From: Candidatus Bipolaricaulia bacterium
Lineage (GTDB): Bacteria; Bipolaricaulota; Bipolaricaulia; JBHIAT01
DNA: 18,023 nt
NCBI GenBank assembly: GCA_046758705.1
Contig: JBHIAT010000065.1
Location: forward strand, 1-18,023
Direction: 5' to 3'
Part shown: piece after piece, positions 7,378 to 17,400 of the stretch
How positions within the stretch are numbered: position 1 is the stretch's first letter
Layout: each line of letters starts with the position of its first letter
The notes under the pieces: generated by a model
Database searches by the model: none
What the model saw: only the letters and a program-made list of their open reading frames with translations
What the model was told of the DNA's origin: nothing
Translations under genes and position numbers: made by a program

Positions 7378-8877
7378 TTAATGGCGGAAGACACGTCTTC
7401 CGGTGAACACCATCGGAATCCCGTGCTCATCGGCCGCAGCAATGACCTCGGAATCCCGGATTGAGCCACCGACCTGGACGATTCCTGCAACGCCGGCCTC
7501 GGCCGCCAGATCGATGCCGTCCCGAAACGGGAAGAACGCATCCGAGGCCATCATCGCCCCGCGTGCCCGATCACCCGCCTTCCACAGTGCCAGTCGCACC
7601 GCATCCACCCGGCTCATCTGTCCAGCGCCGATCCCGATCGTCCCTCCCTCGTTCGTGAGCACGATCGCGTTGGACGTCACCCAACCAACGACCTTCCAGG
7701 CGAACCGCATCTCTCTGAGCTGTGCCCCCGTCGGCCGCACCTGGGTGACGACTCGCCAACTGTCATTTTCCTGTGCTTCACCCACTGTCTGAACCAGCAG
7801 TCCGTAGCTGATGCTCCGGAGCTCCAGGGAGGGACGCAGGGGTTTGGATCGGATGACCCGCAGGCCCTTCTTCTCCCGCAGAAGTTTTAGCGCCTCCCGC
7901 TCATAACTTGGTGCTACAACCACCTCAAAGAAATTTTCCGCGATCATTTCGGCAACCTGGGTTGTCAACTGACGGTTGACCCCGATCACGCCCCCGAACG
8001 CCGACTGCGGATCGGTGGCAAGCGCTCGTTGAAACGCCTCCTCAATCGCAGTGGCCGACGCGAGTCCGCAGGGGTTGGTGTGCTTCACCACGACGGCGAT
8101 CGGTCGCTCGAACGAACTCGTGATCCGGACTGCCGCGTCGATGTCGAGAAGGTTGGTGTAGGACAGCTCTTTCCCGTGGAGCTTTGTGAATTCCGGCTTG
8201 TCGTCAGTGTACAGAGCCGCCTGCTGATCAGGATTCTCTCCGTAGCGAAGCATCATGCGGTGGGTGGCGACCCAACTGAGCGTCTCGGGCAACGGCTCGC
8301 GCTCGAGGTAACGATAGATCACAGCGTTGTAACGGGTCACATACGAAAACGCCTTTCTGGCAAGCCGCTCCGCCGTCTTTCCGCTCAACCGACCCCGGCC
8401 CTTCTGGATCTCCTTCAGGACCGACCGGTAGTCATCGGGGTCGACGACGACACCCACATGCCGGTGGTTCTTGGCCGCTCCCCGGATCAGGGTCTCACCG
8501 CCGATATCGACATACTCCATTGCTTCGTCGACCGCCATCGGGAGGGCGTTTGATTCAAACGGATAGAGGTTGACAACGACCAGGTCGATCGGCTTGATCC
8601 CGTAGGCCTCCAACTCCTGAAGATGATCGGGATCATCCCGGTTGGCGAGAATCCCGGCGTGAATCTTGGGATGGAGTGTCTTGACCCGGCCGCTGAGGAT
8701 CTCCGGATGGCCGGTATACGTTTCGATACGCTTCACCGGAACGTCTTCAGCTTCGAGACGATCGGCGGTCCCCGTGGATGCCAGGATCTCAACCCCCAGG
8801 TCGACCAAGCCGCTTGCCAGCTCCACCAGTCCGCGGGTCTCAGAGACGCTGATGAGAGCTCGACGCATCTGAATCAA
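7378..8877 (-). CDS. purH: Bifunctional AICAR transformylase / IMP cyclohydrolase
   Basis: RALISVS, GRVKTLHP, VVNLYPF, LRYGENP, KHTNPCG, GAGQMSRVD, ASDAFFPFRDG and terminal FTGRRVFRH. Confidence 0.97.
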   Translation of the reverse strand: MIQMRRALISVSETRGLVELASGLVDLGVEILASTGTADRLEAEDVPVKRIETYTGHPEILSGRVKTLHPKIHAGILANRDDPDHLQELEAYGIKPIDLVVVNLYPFESNALPMAVDEAMEYVDIGGETLIRGAAKNHRHVGVVVDPDDYRSVLKEIQKGRGRLSGKTAERLARKAFSYVTRYNAVIYRYLEREPLPETLSWVATHRMMLRYGENPDQQAALYTDDKPEFTKLHGKELSYTNLLDIDAAVRITSSFERPIAVVVKHTNPCGLASATAIEEAFQRALATDPQSAFGGVIGVNRQLTTQVAEMIAENFFEVVVAPSYEREALKLLREKKGLRVIRSKPLRPSLELRSISYGLLVQTVGEAQENDSWRVVTQVRPTGAQLREMRFAWKVVGWVTSNAIVLTNEGGTIGIGAGQMSRVDAVRLALWKAGDRARGAMMASDAFFPFRDGIDLAAEAGVAGIVQVGGSIRDSEVIAAADEHGIPMVFTGRRVFRH

Positions 8878-9554
8878 TGGGACCTCCTGTTCTCATTCTT
8901 ACTCTTCAACTGCTCGAGCAACTGCTTGGGATTCTCTTCGACGACTCGACGTGCCTGTGCCTCCGTCAGACCAGCTCCGAGGGCGATCCGCCGTTTCTCC
9001 TCGATCGGGACGAGACCGTCCGGGTTGTGGGCATCGGAGTTGACCAACAGCTCCGCCCCGGCCGCTGCAGCCATTCGGGCAACGTGGCCGTTGGCAAGAC
9101 CGTGAGTCCGGCCCGCGCTGAGCTCCAAAAACACGCCGTTCCCGGCGGCGATCTCCGCCTCCTCCGGAGCGATCAATCCGGGATGGGCAAGGATATCGAC
9201 GTCCGGGTTTTCGATCGCCGCCCGGTTCGTCCCGGGCTCGACCGGCTCGACGAGTGTCTCGCCATGCACTAAGATGAGCTCCGCTCCGGCCCGACGGGCA
9301 CGAGCAATCACCTCATCGAGCCGGGTGACCGACACGTGGGTCACCTCGACGCCGACGATCACCTCGATCCCCCAGTCCACCGTCGCCTCCTTCTCAGCCA
9401 GGGCCACCTCCACAACCTCCTCGACGTTCGAGTGGCTCGCATGGTCGGTCAGCGCCAGAGCTTCGAACCCGTTCACCAGCGCATAGCGAATCATCTCGAC
9501 TGGCATGTATTCACCGTCGGAGCGCAGCGTATGCACATGAAATTCGATCATCAT
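8874..9554 (-). CDS. PHP-family phosphoesterase, probable histidinol-phosphate phosphatase
   Basis: HVHT..SDG, TDH, GVEVTH, ILAHPG and NSDAH motifs; in a his operon whose HisB has no phosphatase domain. Confidence 0.82.
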   Translation of the reverse strand: MMIEFHVHTLRSDGEYMPVEMIRYALVNGFEALALTDHASHSNVEEVVEVALAEKEATVDWGIEVIVGVEVTHVSVTRLDEVIARARRAGAELILVHGETLVEPVEPGTNRAAIENPDVDILAHPGLIAPEEAEIAAGNGVFLELSAGRTHGLANGHVARMAAAAGAELLVNSDAHNPDGLVPIEEKRRIALGAGLTEAQARRVVEENPKQLLEQLKSKNENRRSH

Positions 9555-10168
9555 TATCGTCGCCGCCGCTCCAACGCCTTAAACACATCGTCCAGACTGA
9601 GTCCGCGGCTGAACAGTAACACCATCAGGTGGAACACCAAGTCAGCCACCTCTTCGATCAGCGCGGACTCGTCCTCGTCGGCCTCGGCCAGGATCACCTC
9701 GGTCGCCTCCTCTACGATCTTCTTCAGCAGCAGATCTCGATCGTCAAGCAGCCGGTTCACATAGGATTCCGGCTTGGGGTGCCGGAGGCGATCGTCAAAC
9801 ACCGACTCGAGCTCGGCGATAATCCCCGCGATGAATCGACGATCGGAGAAGCAGGTGTAACTGCCGGTGTGACAGGCGTTCCCAACCTGCTCGACCCGCG
9901 CCAGGATCGTGTCCCGATCGCAATCGAGATGCAAGCTTCTTACCTGCTGGACGTTTCCGGAGCTCTCCCCCTTGCGCCACAGTTTTCCCCGGGAGCGGCT
10001 CCAGTAATGCATCTCGCCCGTCTCCAGTGTCGATCGCAGCGCCGGTTCGCTCATATAGGCGAGCATCAACACCTGGTTGTCTCGGACGTTCTGGGCGATG
10101 ACCGGGATCAGTCCGTCGGCGTTCCAACAGATCTCCTCGATCTGCTGAGGGTCAAGGTTGAGCCTCAT
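9554..10168 (-). CDS. hisIE: Bifunctional phosphoribosyl-AMP cyclohydrolase / phosphoribosyl-ATP pyrophosphatase
   Basis: [29 protein letters not shown], then KKIVEEATE...EVADLVFH. Confidence 0.96.
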   Translation of the reverse strand: MRLNLDPQQIEEICWNADGLIPVIAQNVRDNQVLMLAYMSEPALRSTLETGEMHYWSRSRGKLWRKGESSGNVQQVRSLHLDCDRDTILARVEQVGNACHTGSYTCFSDRRFIAGIIAELESVFDDRLRHPKPESYVNRLLDDRDLLLKKIVEEATEVILAEADEDESALIEEVADLVFHLMVLLFSRGLSLDDVFKALERRRR

Positions 10169-10923
10169 AACCGGATGGGCACCCCCCGTTCGTTGAGCGC
10201 CGATTTGACCTCGGCAACTGTGTAGCGGCCGTAGTGAAAGATTGAGGCGGCGAGCGCGGCATCAGCCCCGGTTTGGTCGAACACCTGATAGATGTGCTCG
10301 ATCTCCCCACAACCGCCAGAGGCGATCACCGGGATGTTCGTCGCCTCGCAGACGGCTCGGGTCAGTGAAACATCGTAACCCGCTCGAGTGCCATCGGCAT
10401 CCATGCTCGTCAGCAGGATCTCCCCGGCGCCGAGCCGCTCCACCTCCCGGGCCCACTCGATCGCGTCGAACCCTCGATTCTGTGAGCCACCATGGGTGTA
10501 AACGGTCCAGCCGTTCCCTTCCTGCTTAGCGTCGATCGCCACCACCACACACTGATTGCCGAACCGTCCGGCCCCGTCCTCGATCAATCCGGGGTTTTCA
10601 ACGGCGGCGGTGTTGATCGAGATCTTCTCCGCGCCGGCGTTCAAGGCGCGGCGGATGTCAGTGAGCCGTTGAATCCCCCCACCGACGGTGAGCGGGATAA
10701 ACAGGTTCTCAGCGGTCTGTTGGATCACCTGATAGATCGTCTCCTGACCCTGCTTCGAAGCGGCGATGTCGAGGAAGACAATCTCGTCGGCCCCCTGTTC
10801 CTCGTAGGCAGCCGCCAGCACCGCCGGATCACCGACCTGCCTCAACTGCTTGAACTGGATCCCCTTGACAACCTGCCGTTCCCACACATCCAGACATGGA
10901 ATGATCCGCTTCGCCAGCGCCAT
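10165..10923 (-). CDS. hisF: Imidazole glycerol phosphate synthase cyclase subunit
   Basis: [47 protein letters not shown] and AALAASIFH. Confidence 0.97.
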   Translation of the reverse strand: MALAKRIIPCLDVWERQVVKGIQFKQLRQVGDPAVLAAAYEEQGADEIVFLDIAASKQGQETIYQVIQQTAENLFIPLTVGGGIQRLTDIRRALNAGAEKISINTAAVENPGLIEDGAGRFGNQCVVVAIDAKQEGNGWTVYTHGGSQNRGFDAIEWAREVERLGAGEILLTSMDADGTRAGYDVSLTRAVCEATNIPVIASGGCGEIEHIYQVFDQTGADAALAASIFHYGRYTVAEVKSALNERGVPIRL

Positions 10924-10927
10924 CCGG

Positions 10928-11467
10928 TTACGACCTCCAGCGTACCTTGCCCTTGGTGCTTCGGGTCTCGTCGATCACCTGGGTCGCCTCGTTCAGCGCC
11001 AGGCCCAATGCCTTAAACGTCGCCTCGATCGTGTGATGCCGGTCTTGGCCGCGGACCACCTGCGTATGCAACGTGATCCCGGTCTCAAGGGCGAACGATC
11101 GGAGGAAGTGGCGGTAGTGAGGGTCGGACAGCTCCACGTCGGCGTAGGGACGATCGATCAGGTCGACGGCAACGAGCACCAGCGCATCATCCATCGGGAC
11201 AATGCGGCTGCTGAACCGGATCAGATCACGCTCGACGATTTCCTCCTGGAACGCCCGGCCCAGCGTGATGGCCACGTCCTCGATCAGATGATGCTTGAGG
11301 TCTCCTTCACCCGTCACCCTCAGGTCGAACCCGCCGTAGCGGGCCAGCGTCTCCAGCATATGGGTCAGAAACCGGTCCTCGACCTCGATCTCGGCGTTTC
11401 CGCTTCCGTCAAGGTTTAGCTCGACTGTGACCCGGGTCTCCCGGGTGCTCCGTTCAACCTTCCCCAT
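10928..11467 (-). CDS. hisB: Imidazoleglycerol-phosphate dehydratase (monofunctional)
   Basis: RSTRET, FLTHML, HHLIED, PMDDAL and [10 protein letters not shown]; start placed at ATG 11467 behind AGGAGG. Confidence 0.95.
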   Translation of the reverse strand: MGKVERSTRETRVTVELNLDGSGNAEIEVEDRFLTHMLETLARYGGFDLRVTGEGDLKHHLIEDVAITLGRAFQEEIVERDLIRFSSRIVPMDDALVLVAVDLIDRPYADVELSDPHYRHFLRSFALETGITLHTQVVRGQDRHHTIEATFKALGLALNEATQVIDETRSTKGKVRWRS

Positions 11468-12170
11468 AGAATGCCTCCTGAGCCCGGGCAACAGTGAGCT
11501 CTCCACCGTACAGGGCTGTTCCGATCACCGCTCCACCTGCTCCGAGGCCGGCGAGCGTATTGAGGTCAGCGGCACTTCGGATCCCACCGGCAACGATCAC
11601 CGGCAGGCGAACCGCACCGATCAGGTCGCGGATCGGACCGACACGGATCCCCTGGCTCCGACCCTCGACCTCCACGTCAGTATATAGGAACGCCGCCAGC
11701 TTCAACCCGTCAGCCACTTGCGCAAACTCGATCAGGGGTTCTCCACTTCCCTGCTTCCATCCCTCGATCACGATCTCATCGCCGCGAACATCAAGTGCCA
11801 ACATGACCTTTCCCGGATACCGCTCGACAATTCGACCCAGCCAATCCGGATCGGTCACCCCCCGGGTGCCGATGATGACGCGAACCGCTCCGCTCGCTAA
11901 ATTCCTCATCACGTCCGCGGTCGTACGGATTCCCCCGCCGACCTGCACCGGGATTTCGACTCGTCTCAGAATCTCTCCGACGATCTCAGCATTGTTCCCG
12001 TCGCCCAGAGCGGCGTTCAGATCGACGAGATGGAGCGCATCGGCTCCCGCCTTGGCCCATCCAATGGCCACGGCGACCGGATCGTCGCGAACGAACCGTT
12101 CGGTGCCGGGCTTCCCCCCGGTCAGCTGGACGCACCGTCCATGGTACAGATCGACCGCCGCACAGATCAA
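11454..12170 (-). CDS. hisA: ProFAR isomerase
   Basis: AVDL..GRCVQL, LHLVDLNAA, VQVGGGIR, YTDVEVEG and VIVAGGI; TTG start. Confidence 0.95.
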   Translation of the reverse strand: MICAAVDLYHGRCVQLTGGKPGTERFVRDDPVAVAIGWAKAGADALHLVDLNAALGDGNNAEIVGEILRRVEIPVQVGGGIRTTADVMRNLASGAVRVIIGTRGVTDPDWLGRIVERYPGKVMLALDVRGDEIVIEGWKQGSGEPLIEFAQVADGLKLAAFLYTDVEVEGRSQGIRVGPIRDLIGAVRLPVIVAGGIRSAADLNTLAGLGAGGAVIGTALYGGELTVARAQEAFYGEG

Positions 12171-12766
12171 CCGAACGCCTCCGCAAATCGGACAAAGTTC
12201 TCCAAAAGCCTCAACCCAGCTCGGCTGCTCTTCTCCGGGTGAAACTGTGTGCCGTAGACGTTTCCGATCCGAACGACCGCGGTGAACCGCCCACCGTACT
12301 CGGTCATCGCGATCGTCGGCTCACCCTCCGCCTTCCACGCATAGGAGTGGACGAAGTAGAAGTGCGTATCCTGATCGATTCCCTCAAAGATCGGGTCCTG
12401 ATCGTGATGAACCGTGTTCCACCCCATATGGGGTACCTTGACCCCGACAAGCCGTTCGACCCGGCCCGGAATCAGTCCCAACCCGGTGACCCCACCGGAC
12501 TCCTCGCTGTATTCGAATAGGAGCTCCATCCCAAGGCACACGCCCAGCACCGGCTTCTCATCCACAAACTCGATCAGCTCGTGCTTCACCGGTTCCAGTT
12601 GCTTCATCACGTTGCCGTAGGCACCGACACCGGGCAGGACCAGGGCGTCGGCGTCATCGAGTCGACCCAGATCGGCTGAGATCTTCACCTGTGTGCCAAG
12701 TCGCTCGAGCGCCTTCGCCAGGCTGTGCAAGTTCCCCACTCCGTAGTCGGCAATGGTTACCTTCAA
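12167..12766 (-). CDS. hisH: Imidazole glycerol phosphate synthase glutaminase subunit
   Basis: DYGVGNLHS, LPGVGA, LGVCLGM, VPHMGWN, YFVHSY and QFHPEKS; TTG start. Confidence 0.97.
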   Translation of the reverse strand: MKVTIADYGVGNLHSLAKALERLGTQVKISADLGRLDDADALVLPGVGAYGNVMKQLEPVKHELIEFVDEKPVLGVCLGMELLFEYSEESGGVTGLGLIPGRVERLVGVKVPHMGWNTVHHDQDPIFEGIDQDTHFYFVHSYAWKAEGEPTIAMTEYGGRFTAVVRIGNVYGTQFHPEKSSRAGLRLLENFVRFAEAFG

Positions 12767-12773
12767 CGCTCTC

Positions 12774-13826
12774 TCACCTATCCTGCAGGGTCCTCCTCAA
12801 TGATTCGACCAACCTCCGATTCAGCTCCTTCGTCCCAATGGTGATGCGCACACAACCTTCGAGCCCCGGTTGATCACTCACGTCTTTGATCAGGATCCCG
12901 CCGCGCTTCAGCGCACTCACCAGCTCTCTGACATCGATCGGACTGCGGGCCAGCAGAAAGTTCGCCTGTGACGGGTAGACCCGAAAGCCCAGGTTCTCCA
13001 GGTCCCGGCGAAGTCTTTCTCGTTCGGTTCGGACCAGCTGAATATAGCCTTCGACAAACGTCTGTTCGTTGAGCGCTTCGATCGCGATGCGCTCGCTGAT
13101 GGAGTTCATGTTGTAGTCGGGTCGCGCCCGGTCGAGAGCCCGCACCATCGCCTCACCCGCGACCAAGTAACCCACCCGGATCCCGGCCAACCCGTAGGCT
13201 TTCGAGAACGTCCGGTTGACGATCAAATTCTCATAATCTCCGATCCGTTTGACAAAGTTCTGGTCGCTGAACTCGGCGTAAGCCTCATCGATCAGGACGA
13301 CCGGGGTGTTCTCGATCACCTGGATGATCGCTTCCTCAGATAAGCAGTTGCCGGTGGGGTTGTTGGGCGAACACAGGATGGCAAGCTTCGCCCCCGCCCC
13401 GAGCATCCCGTCGACGTCGAGTGCAAACCCGTTGAGCAGAGGAACCTCGACGACCTCGGCCGCGTTCACCCGGGCGAAGAACGGGTACATGATGAAGCCG
13501 GGGACCGGGTAGGCAACCCGCTCCCCGGGGTTCACAAACGCTCTCACCACGATGTCCAGATTCTCATCGGCACCGCGACCGACCAGCACCTGTTCAATCG
13601 AAAGACCGTGGAACCGAGCCAACGCCTCGCGCAGCGGCCGAGCGTCGGGGTGAGCATAGTGGTTCAACTCCAACGAAGCTAGATCGACTCGGGTGACCGC
13701 CGGGTTCGGCCCGATCAGGTTCGTGTTCAGGTCCATCGGGATTCCCGGTTCGTACCGATATTCAGGCAACTCCAACTCCCGGACCGATTTTCTCATCAAC
13801 TGTTCCAACTTCTGCCTCAGCGCCAT
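12774..13826 (-). CDS. hisC: Histidinol-phosphate aminotransferase
   Basis: SPNNPTG, DEAYAEF, RTFSKAYGLAGIRVG (PLP lysine), PSQANF and VRITIGT. Confidence 0.95.
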   Translation of the reverse strand: MALRQKLEQLMRKSVRELELPEYRYEPGIPMDLNTNLIGPNPAVTRVDLASLELNHYAHPDARPLREALARFHGLSIEQVLVGRGADENLDIVVRAFVNPGERVAYPVPGFIMYPFFARVNAAEVVEVPLLNGFALDVDGMLGAGAKLAILCSPNNPTGNCLSEEAIIQVIENTPVVLIDEAYAEFSDQNFVKRIGDYENLIVNRTFSKAYGLAGIRVGYLVAGEAMVRALDRARPDYNMNSISERIAIEALNEQTFVEGYIQLVRTERERLRRDLENLGFRVYPSQANFLLARSPIDVRELVSALKRGGILIKDVSDQPGLEGCVRITIGTKELNRRLVESLRRTLQDR

Positions 13827-15103
13827 TCGTCCTCCAACCGGATCTCGACTGATCTTTTGTGCAGCGAAAGACCTTCGACGTCGGCGAGCGTCGCCGCCGT
13901 CGTGCTCAGGTGAGCAAGTCCGTCCCGGCTGATCGCCTGATACGAAAACTCCTTCAAAAAATCTTTGATACCGAGGCCGGAGAACCGCCGCGCTGCGCCC
14001 ATCGTCGGCAGGATGTGGTTTGTCCCCGAACAGTAATCACCGATGGCGACCGGCGCATACGGCCCCAGGAAGACCGAACCGACGTTATGCACCCGCTTCA
14101 GAACCGACTCCGGATCCTCAGTTTCAGTTATGATCTCCAGGTGCTCCGGGGCGTAGGTGTCGACGAACGCGATCGCCTCATCGAGATCATCACAGAGCAA
14201 CACGGCGATATGTTTTTCGTCCGGATCGCCCACCTGTTCATTCAGGGCGTCAGCGACGGTCTCGGCCAGCGGTCGACTCGAGGTCAGCAGGAGCGCTGAG
14301 GTATCCGGTCCGTGCTCGAGCTGCGCGGCCAAGTCGACGGCGATCCAACGGGCCAACGTCTCAACGGGCCACCCCTTCAATGGCTCGGCGATGACCGCGA
14401 TCTCGGAGGGGCCGGCAGGCAGATCGATGGCGACGACATCGCGCACCCGCTCTTTGGCAGCGGTCACATAGCGGTTGCCTGGACCGACGATCTTGGCGAC
14501 CGGTCTGATCGATTCGGTGCCGTAGGCGAGTGCGGCGATCGCCTGGGCACCGCCTACCTGATACACCTCGTCGATCCCGACGATTCGGGCAGTGGCGAGC
14601 ACCGCGGCTGACACTTCGGGCGGGGTACACAGAGCGATTTCACTCACCCCGGCGATCCGGGCCGGGATCGACGCCATCAGCACCGATGATGGATAAGCGG
14701 CGTTCCCCCCGGGAACGTAAATCCCGACGCGATCATAGGCGACGACCCGGCGACCGATCCGCACCCCCGGAGCGGTCTCCAGCTCGTACCCTTCGGGGTG
14801 TTGGGGCTTGTGATAGGCTTCGATATGGCTGGCACTTTTCCGGAGCGCGGCGAGTATCGCTTCGCCGACGGCGGCGTACGCCTCCGCCAGCGTCTCCTCC
14901 GAGACCCGGATCTCGGAATCGGAGAGCCGGATCCCGTCGAACCTTTCAGTATACTCAATCAACGCCGCATCGCCCCGCCTCCGGACGGTCGCGATGATCT
15001 CAGAAACGGCGGGAACGACGGCCTCCAGTGTCCCCCATCCCCGATTCAAGATCCTGTACCGCTCCTCATTGGATAGCCCGACCAGTTGTTTTGGTGTGAT
15101 CAT
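13817..15103 (-). CDS. hisD: Histidinol dehydrogenase
   Basis: GIYVPGG..AYPSSVLM, GGAQAIAALAYGTES, GPGNRYV, AGPSE, APEHLE and GDY..GTNHILPT. Confidence 0.97.
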   Translation of the reverse strand: MITPKQLVGLSNEERYRILNRGWGTLEAVVPAVSEIIATVRRRGDAALIEYTERFDGIRLSDSEIRVSEETLAEAYAAVGEAILAALRKSASHIEAYHKPQHPEGYELETAPGVRIGRRVVAYDRVGIYVPGGNAAYPSSVLMASIPARIAGVSEIALCTPPEVSAAVLATARIVGIDEVYQVGGAQAIAALAYGTESIRPVAKIVGPGNRYVTAAKERVRDVVAIDLPAGPSEIAVIAEPLKGWPVETLARWIAVDLAAQLEHGPDTSALLLTSSRPLAETVADALNEQVGDPDEKHIAVLLCDDLDEAIAFVDTYAPEHLEIITETEDPESVLKRVHNVGSVFLGPYAPVAIGDYCSGTNHILPTMGAARRFSGLGIKDFLKEFSYQAISRDGLAHLSTTAATLADVEGLSLHKRSVEIRLEDEWR

Positions 15104-15108
15104 CGAAA

Positions 15109-15957
15109 TTATCCCACCATCCGTTCGATCGGCAGGACAAGGATGCCGGTCGCCCGCTCTTGCTTCAACCTCGGGATCAGCCCATTGATCTCCATCTCGT
15201 CGACGACAGCGTGGACAGCGACCATCGCCTCATCGCTGCCGACCACCTCGACCACCGTCGGTCCCGAGATGCCGGGCAGGAGCGCCCGTACCCGATCGAG
15301 ATTCTCTTTGGGCACGTTGGCCATCAGATATCGCTTGCGGGCAGCGGACAGGACGCTGTTCAGCGACATCACCAGCTCGTTCAGCTCGTCCGCCCGTTCT
15401 GTCCGGTTGGCGATCAGCACCGCCTCGGATTCGAGGATCGTCCCGATCGCCTCCAGGCCGTTGCGTTGAAGGGTCGTGCCCGTCTCGGTGATGTCGGTGA
15501 TGATCTCGGCGACGTCGATGCTCGGGGTGACCTCGGTGGCGCCGGAGACCGGAATCACCTGCACCTGAATTGTGTTCTTTTTGAAGAACTGTTCGGTCAG
15601 CTTCGGAAAGGCAGTTGCCACCCGGATCCCCTTCGGGATCTCCTCGACCGAACCGATCCCCAAGTCTCGGGGCGCGGCAACGACCAGCTTGCACCGTCCA
15701 AACCCGAGATCGAGCAGTCGCTCGACGTCGGCCCCTTGCTCCCGAACCAGATCCCAGCCGGTGATCCCGGCGTCAGATGCGCCCATCTCCACATACTCCG
15801 GGATATCCTTGGTTTGGACGAACAACACCTGGTACTTCCCGCCCCCGGCCGTGACCGTCAGCCGCCGGTCCCCGTAAGGGATCTTGAGCCCAGCCCGGTT
15901 CAGCAGGTCGAGCGCTTCCTGATGCAACCGTCCCTTGTTCGGTACCGCGAGCTTCAT
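15109..15957 (-). CDS. hisG: ATP phosphoribosyltransferase, long form
   Basis: LAVPNKGRL, DIPEYV, DAGITGWD, LGFGRCKL, GATE, DITETGTTL and a C-terminal regulatory domain (PGISGPTV). Confidence 0.97.
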   Translation of the reverse strand: MKLAVPNKGRLHQEALDLLNRAGLKIPYGDRRLTVTAGGGKYQVLFVQTKDIPEYVEMGASDAGITGWDLVREQGADVERLLDLGFGRCKLVVAAPRDLGIGSVEEIPKGIRVATAFPKLTEQFFKKNTIQVQVIPVSGATEVTPSIDVAEIITDITETGTTLQRNGLEAIGTILESEAVLIANRTERADELNELVMSLNSVLSAARKRYLMANVPKENLDRVRALLPGISGPTVVEVVGSDEAMVAVHAVVDEMEINGLIPRLKQERATGILVLPIERMVG

Positions 15958-16011
15958 ATTGACAACCTCGGATCTTATCCCTCTACCTGTTGGGAAGGAT
16001 CGCTGCCTGTC

Positions 16012-16040
16012 ATCATAACAACTCGCCGGGCATTTATCAA
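16012..16040 (-). promoter_or_regulatory. Putative his operon promoter
   Basis: Minus strand TTGATA (16040-16035), 17 bp spacer, TGnTATGAT (-10 at 16017-16012). Confidence 0.6.
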
Positions 16041-16145
16041 CGTTTTTCTCTACATCAACGCGTCATCAGAGCAATCTGAAAAAGTTGATCCGTTCACTTC
16101 ACTTGATTTATCATATACGAAAATCAAAGAGGAGGCTCCAGTAAG

Positions 16146-17381
16146 ATGCAACAGATTCGATATTTGATCGTCGTCGTGACGATCGCGTTGGTGGTGAACC
16201 TGCTGTGGGCGTGGAGTGGTGCCGCCCAGCAGGTGTCGGCCACCGTGCAAGAGGGGGACTCGCTGTGGAAGATCGCCAAGCGAGCCTACGGACGAGGGTC
16301 GCTGTGGACGCTGATCGCTGACGCGAACGGAATCGACGTAGCGAATCCCAGATTCCTTCAAGTCGGAGAGAGGTTGATCGTTCCGGGCATGGTGACGACC
16401 TTCATCGCCGGGTTCAACAGCCCGCGCGGATTGGCCTTTGATGGCATGGGAGATCTGTGGGTGGCTGAAGCAGGCATCGGCGGGGATCTGCTGGTCGAGA
16501 CACCGGTAGGTCCGAACTGCGTCGGGGCGACCGGGCGTGTCCTCAAGGTCGACTCGGAGAGAAGAATTGAAACGGTCGTCGACGGACTACCGTCCGGCGT
16601 GGAGAACCAGGCGCTGAGCGCTCAGACTGGCACCCTGGATTGCAGTTCGTCGGACTTCTACACCGTCGGCACTCCGGGGGCCGTCGGTCTACACGGGCTC
16701 TTGTACACGGGTGGCACGCTCTATATGGTGCAAGGAGCGGGAGGCGCCCCGATCTCCAGTTCGTTGTTGCAAGTTGGGATGGACGGTTTGACTCCGGTCG
16801 CCTCTTTTGGCCCGTTCGAACAGGAGAACAACCCGGACGGCGCCGAAATAGATAGCAACCCCTGGGCGGCTGCCGCCGCACCCAACGGTTTCTACGCCAC
16901 CGATGCCGGCGGCAACACCCTCTACAGGGTCAGCCAGGATGGAACCCTTTCACCTCTGTTCGCCTGGACCGACAACCCGGTCCCGACGGCGTTGGCTTCA
17001 GATGCAGATGGGAACGCTTATGTGAGCTTCCTGACCCACGTCCCGTTTGAAGTTGGCACCTCCAGCGTGGTCAAGGTGACGCCGGCTGGCGAAGTCACCA
17101 TTCTGACCGGAGGGCTGACCATGGTGGTCGGACTGACCTGGGGACCGGACGGCGCCCTGTACGCGGTGGAGCTCGGTAGTGAGCTCACCGAGCGAGGTAT
17201 CCCGCCTCAGACCGGCCGGCTGGTCCGAGTGGGTCTGGACGGGTCGATGTCCGTGGTGGCGGAGGGCTTGAACTATCCGACGTTCGCGACCATGGGTCCA
17301 GACGACGCGATCTACGTCGCGGTCAACAGTGCGTTCAGCCCGCCGGGAACCGGGGCGGTGATCCGGATCGCCTTGCCGTGA
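16146..17381 (+). CDS. Secreted LysM-domain protein fused to a ScyD/ScyE-like beta-propeller
   Basis: Signal peptide; LysM TVQEGDSLWKIAKRAYG...LIADANGI...LQVGERLIVP; blade motifs PRGLAF..GDLWVAEAG, NPDG..IDSNP, TDAGGN, VPTALA and GPDGALY; GAGGAGG RBS. Confidence 0.8.
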   Translation: MQQIRYLIVVVTIALVVNLLWAWSGAAQQVSATVQEGDSLWKIAKRAYGRGSLWTLIADANGIDVANPRFLQVGERLIVPGMVTTFIAGFNSPRGLAFDGMGDLWVAEAGIGGDLLVETPVGPNCVGATGRVLKVDSERRIETVVDGLPSGVENQALSAQTGTLDCSSSDFYTVGTPGAVGLHGLLYTGGTLYMVQGAGGAPISSSLLQVGMDGLTPVASFGPFEQENNPDGAEIDSNPWAAAAAPNGFYATDAGGNTLYRVSQDGTLSPLFAWTDNPVPTALASDADGNAYVSFLTHVPFEVGTSSVVKVTPAGEVTILTGGLTMVVGLTWGPDGALYAVELGSELTERGIPPQTGRLVRVGLDGSMSVVAEGLNYPTFATMGPDDAIYVAVNSAFSPPGTGAVIRIALP

Positions 17382-17400
17382 TCTGATCGTACCCGACCCG

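Noticed and set aside
15958-16011. Histidine attenuator leader
   Set aside because: No His-codon run, T-box or terminator; the predicted leader is only ~50 nt.
16103-16127. Canonical FNR/CRP site
   Set aside because: The TTGAT and ATCAA half-sites are 15 bp apart rather than 4.
15160-16167. 335 aa plus-strand ORF
   Set aside because: Antisense shadow of hisG.
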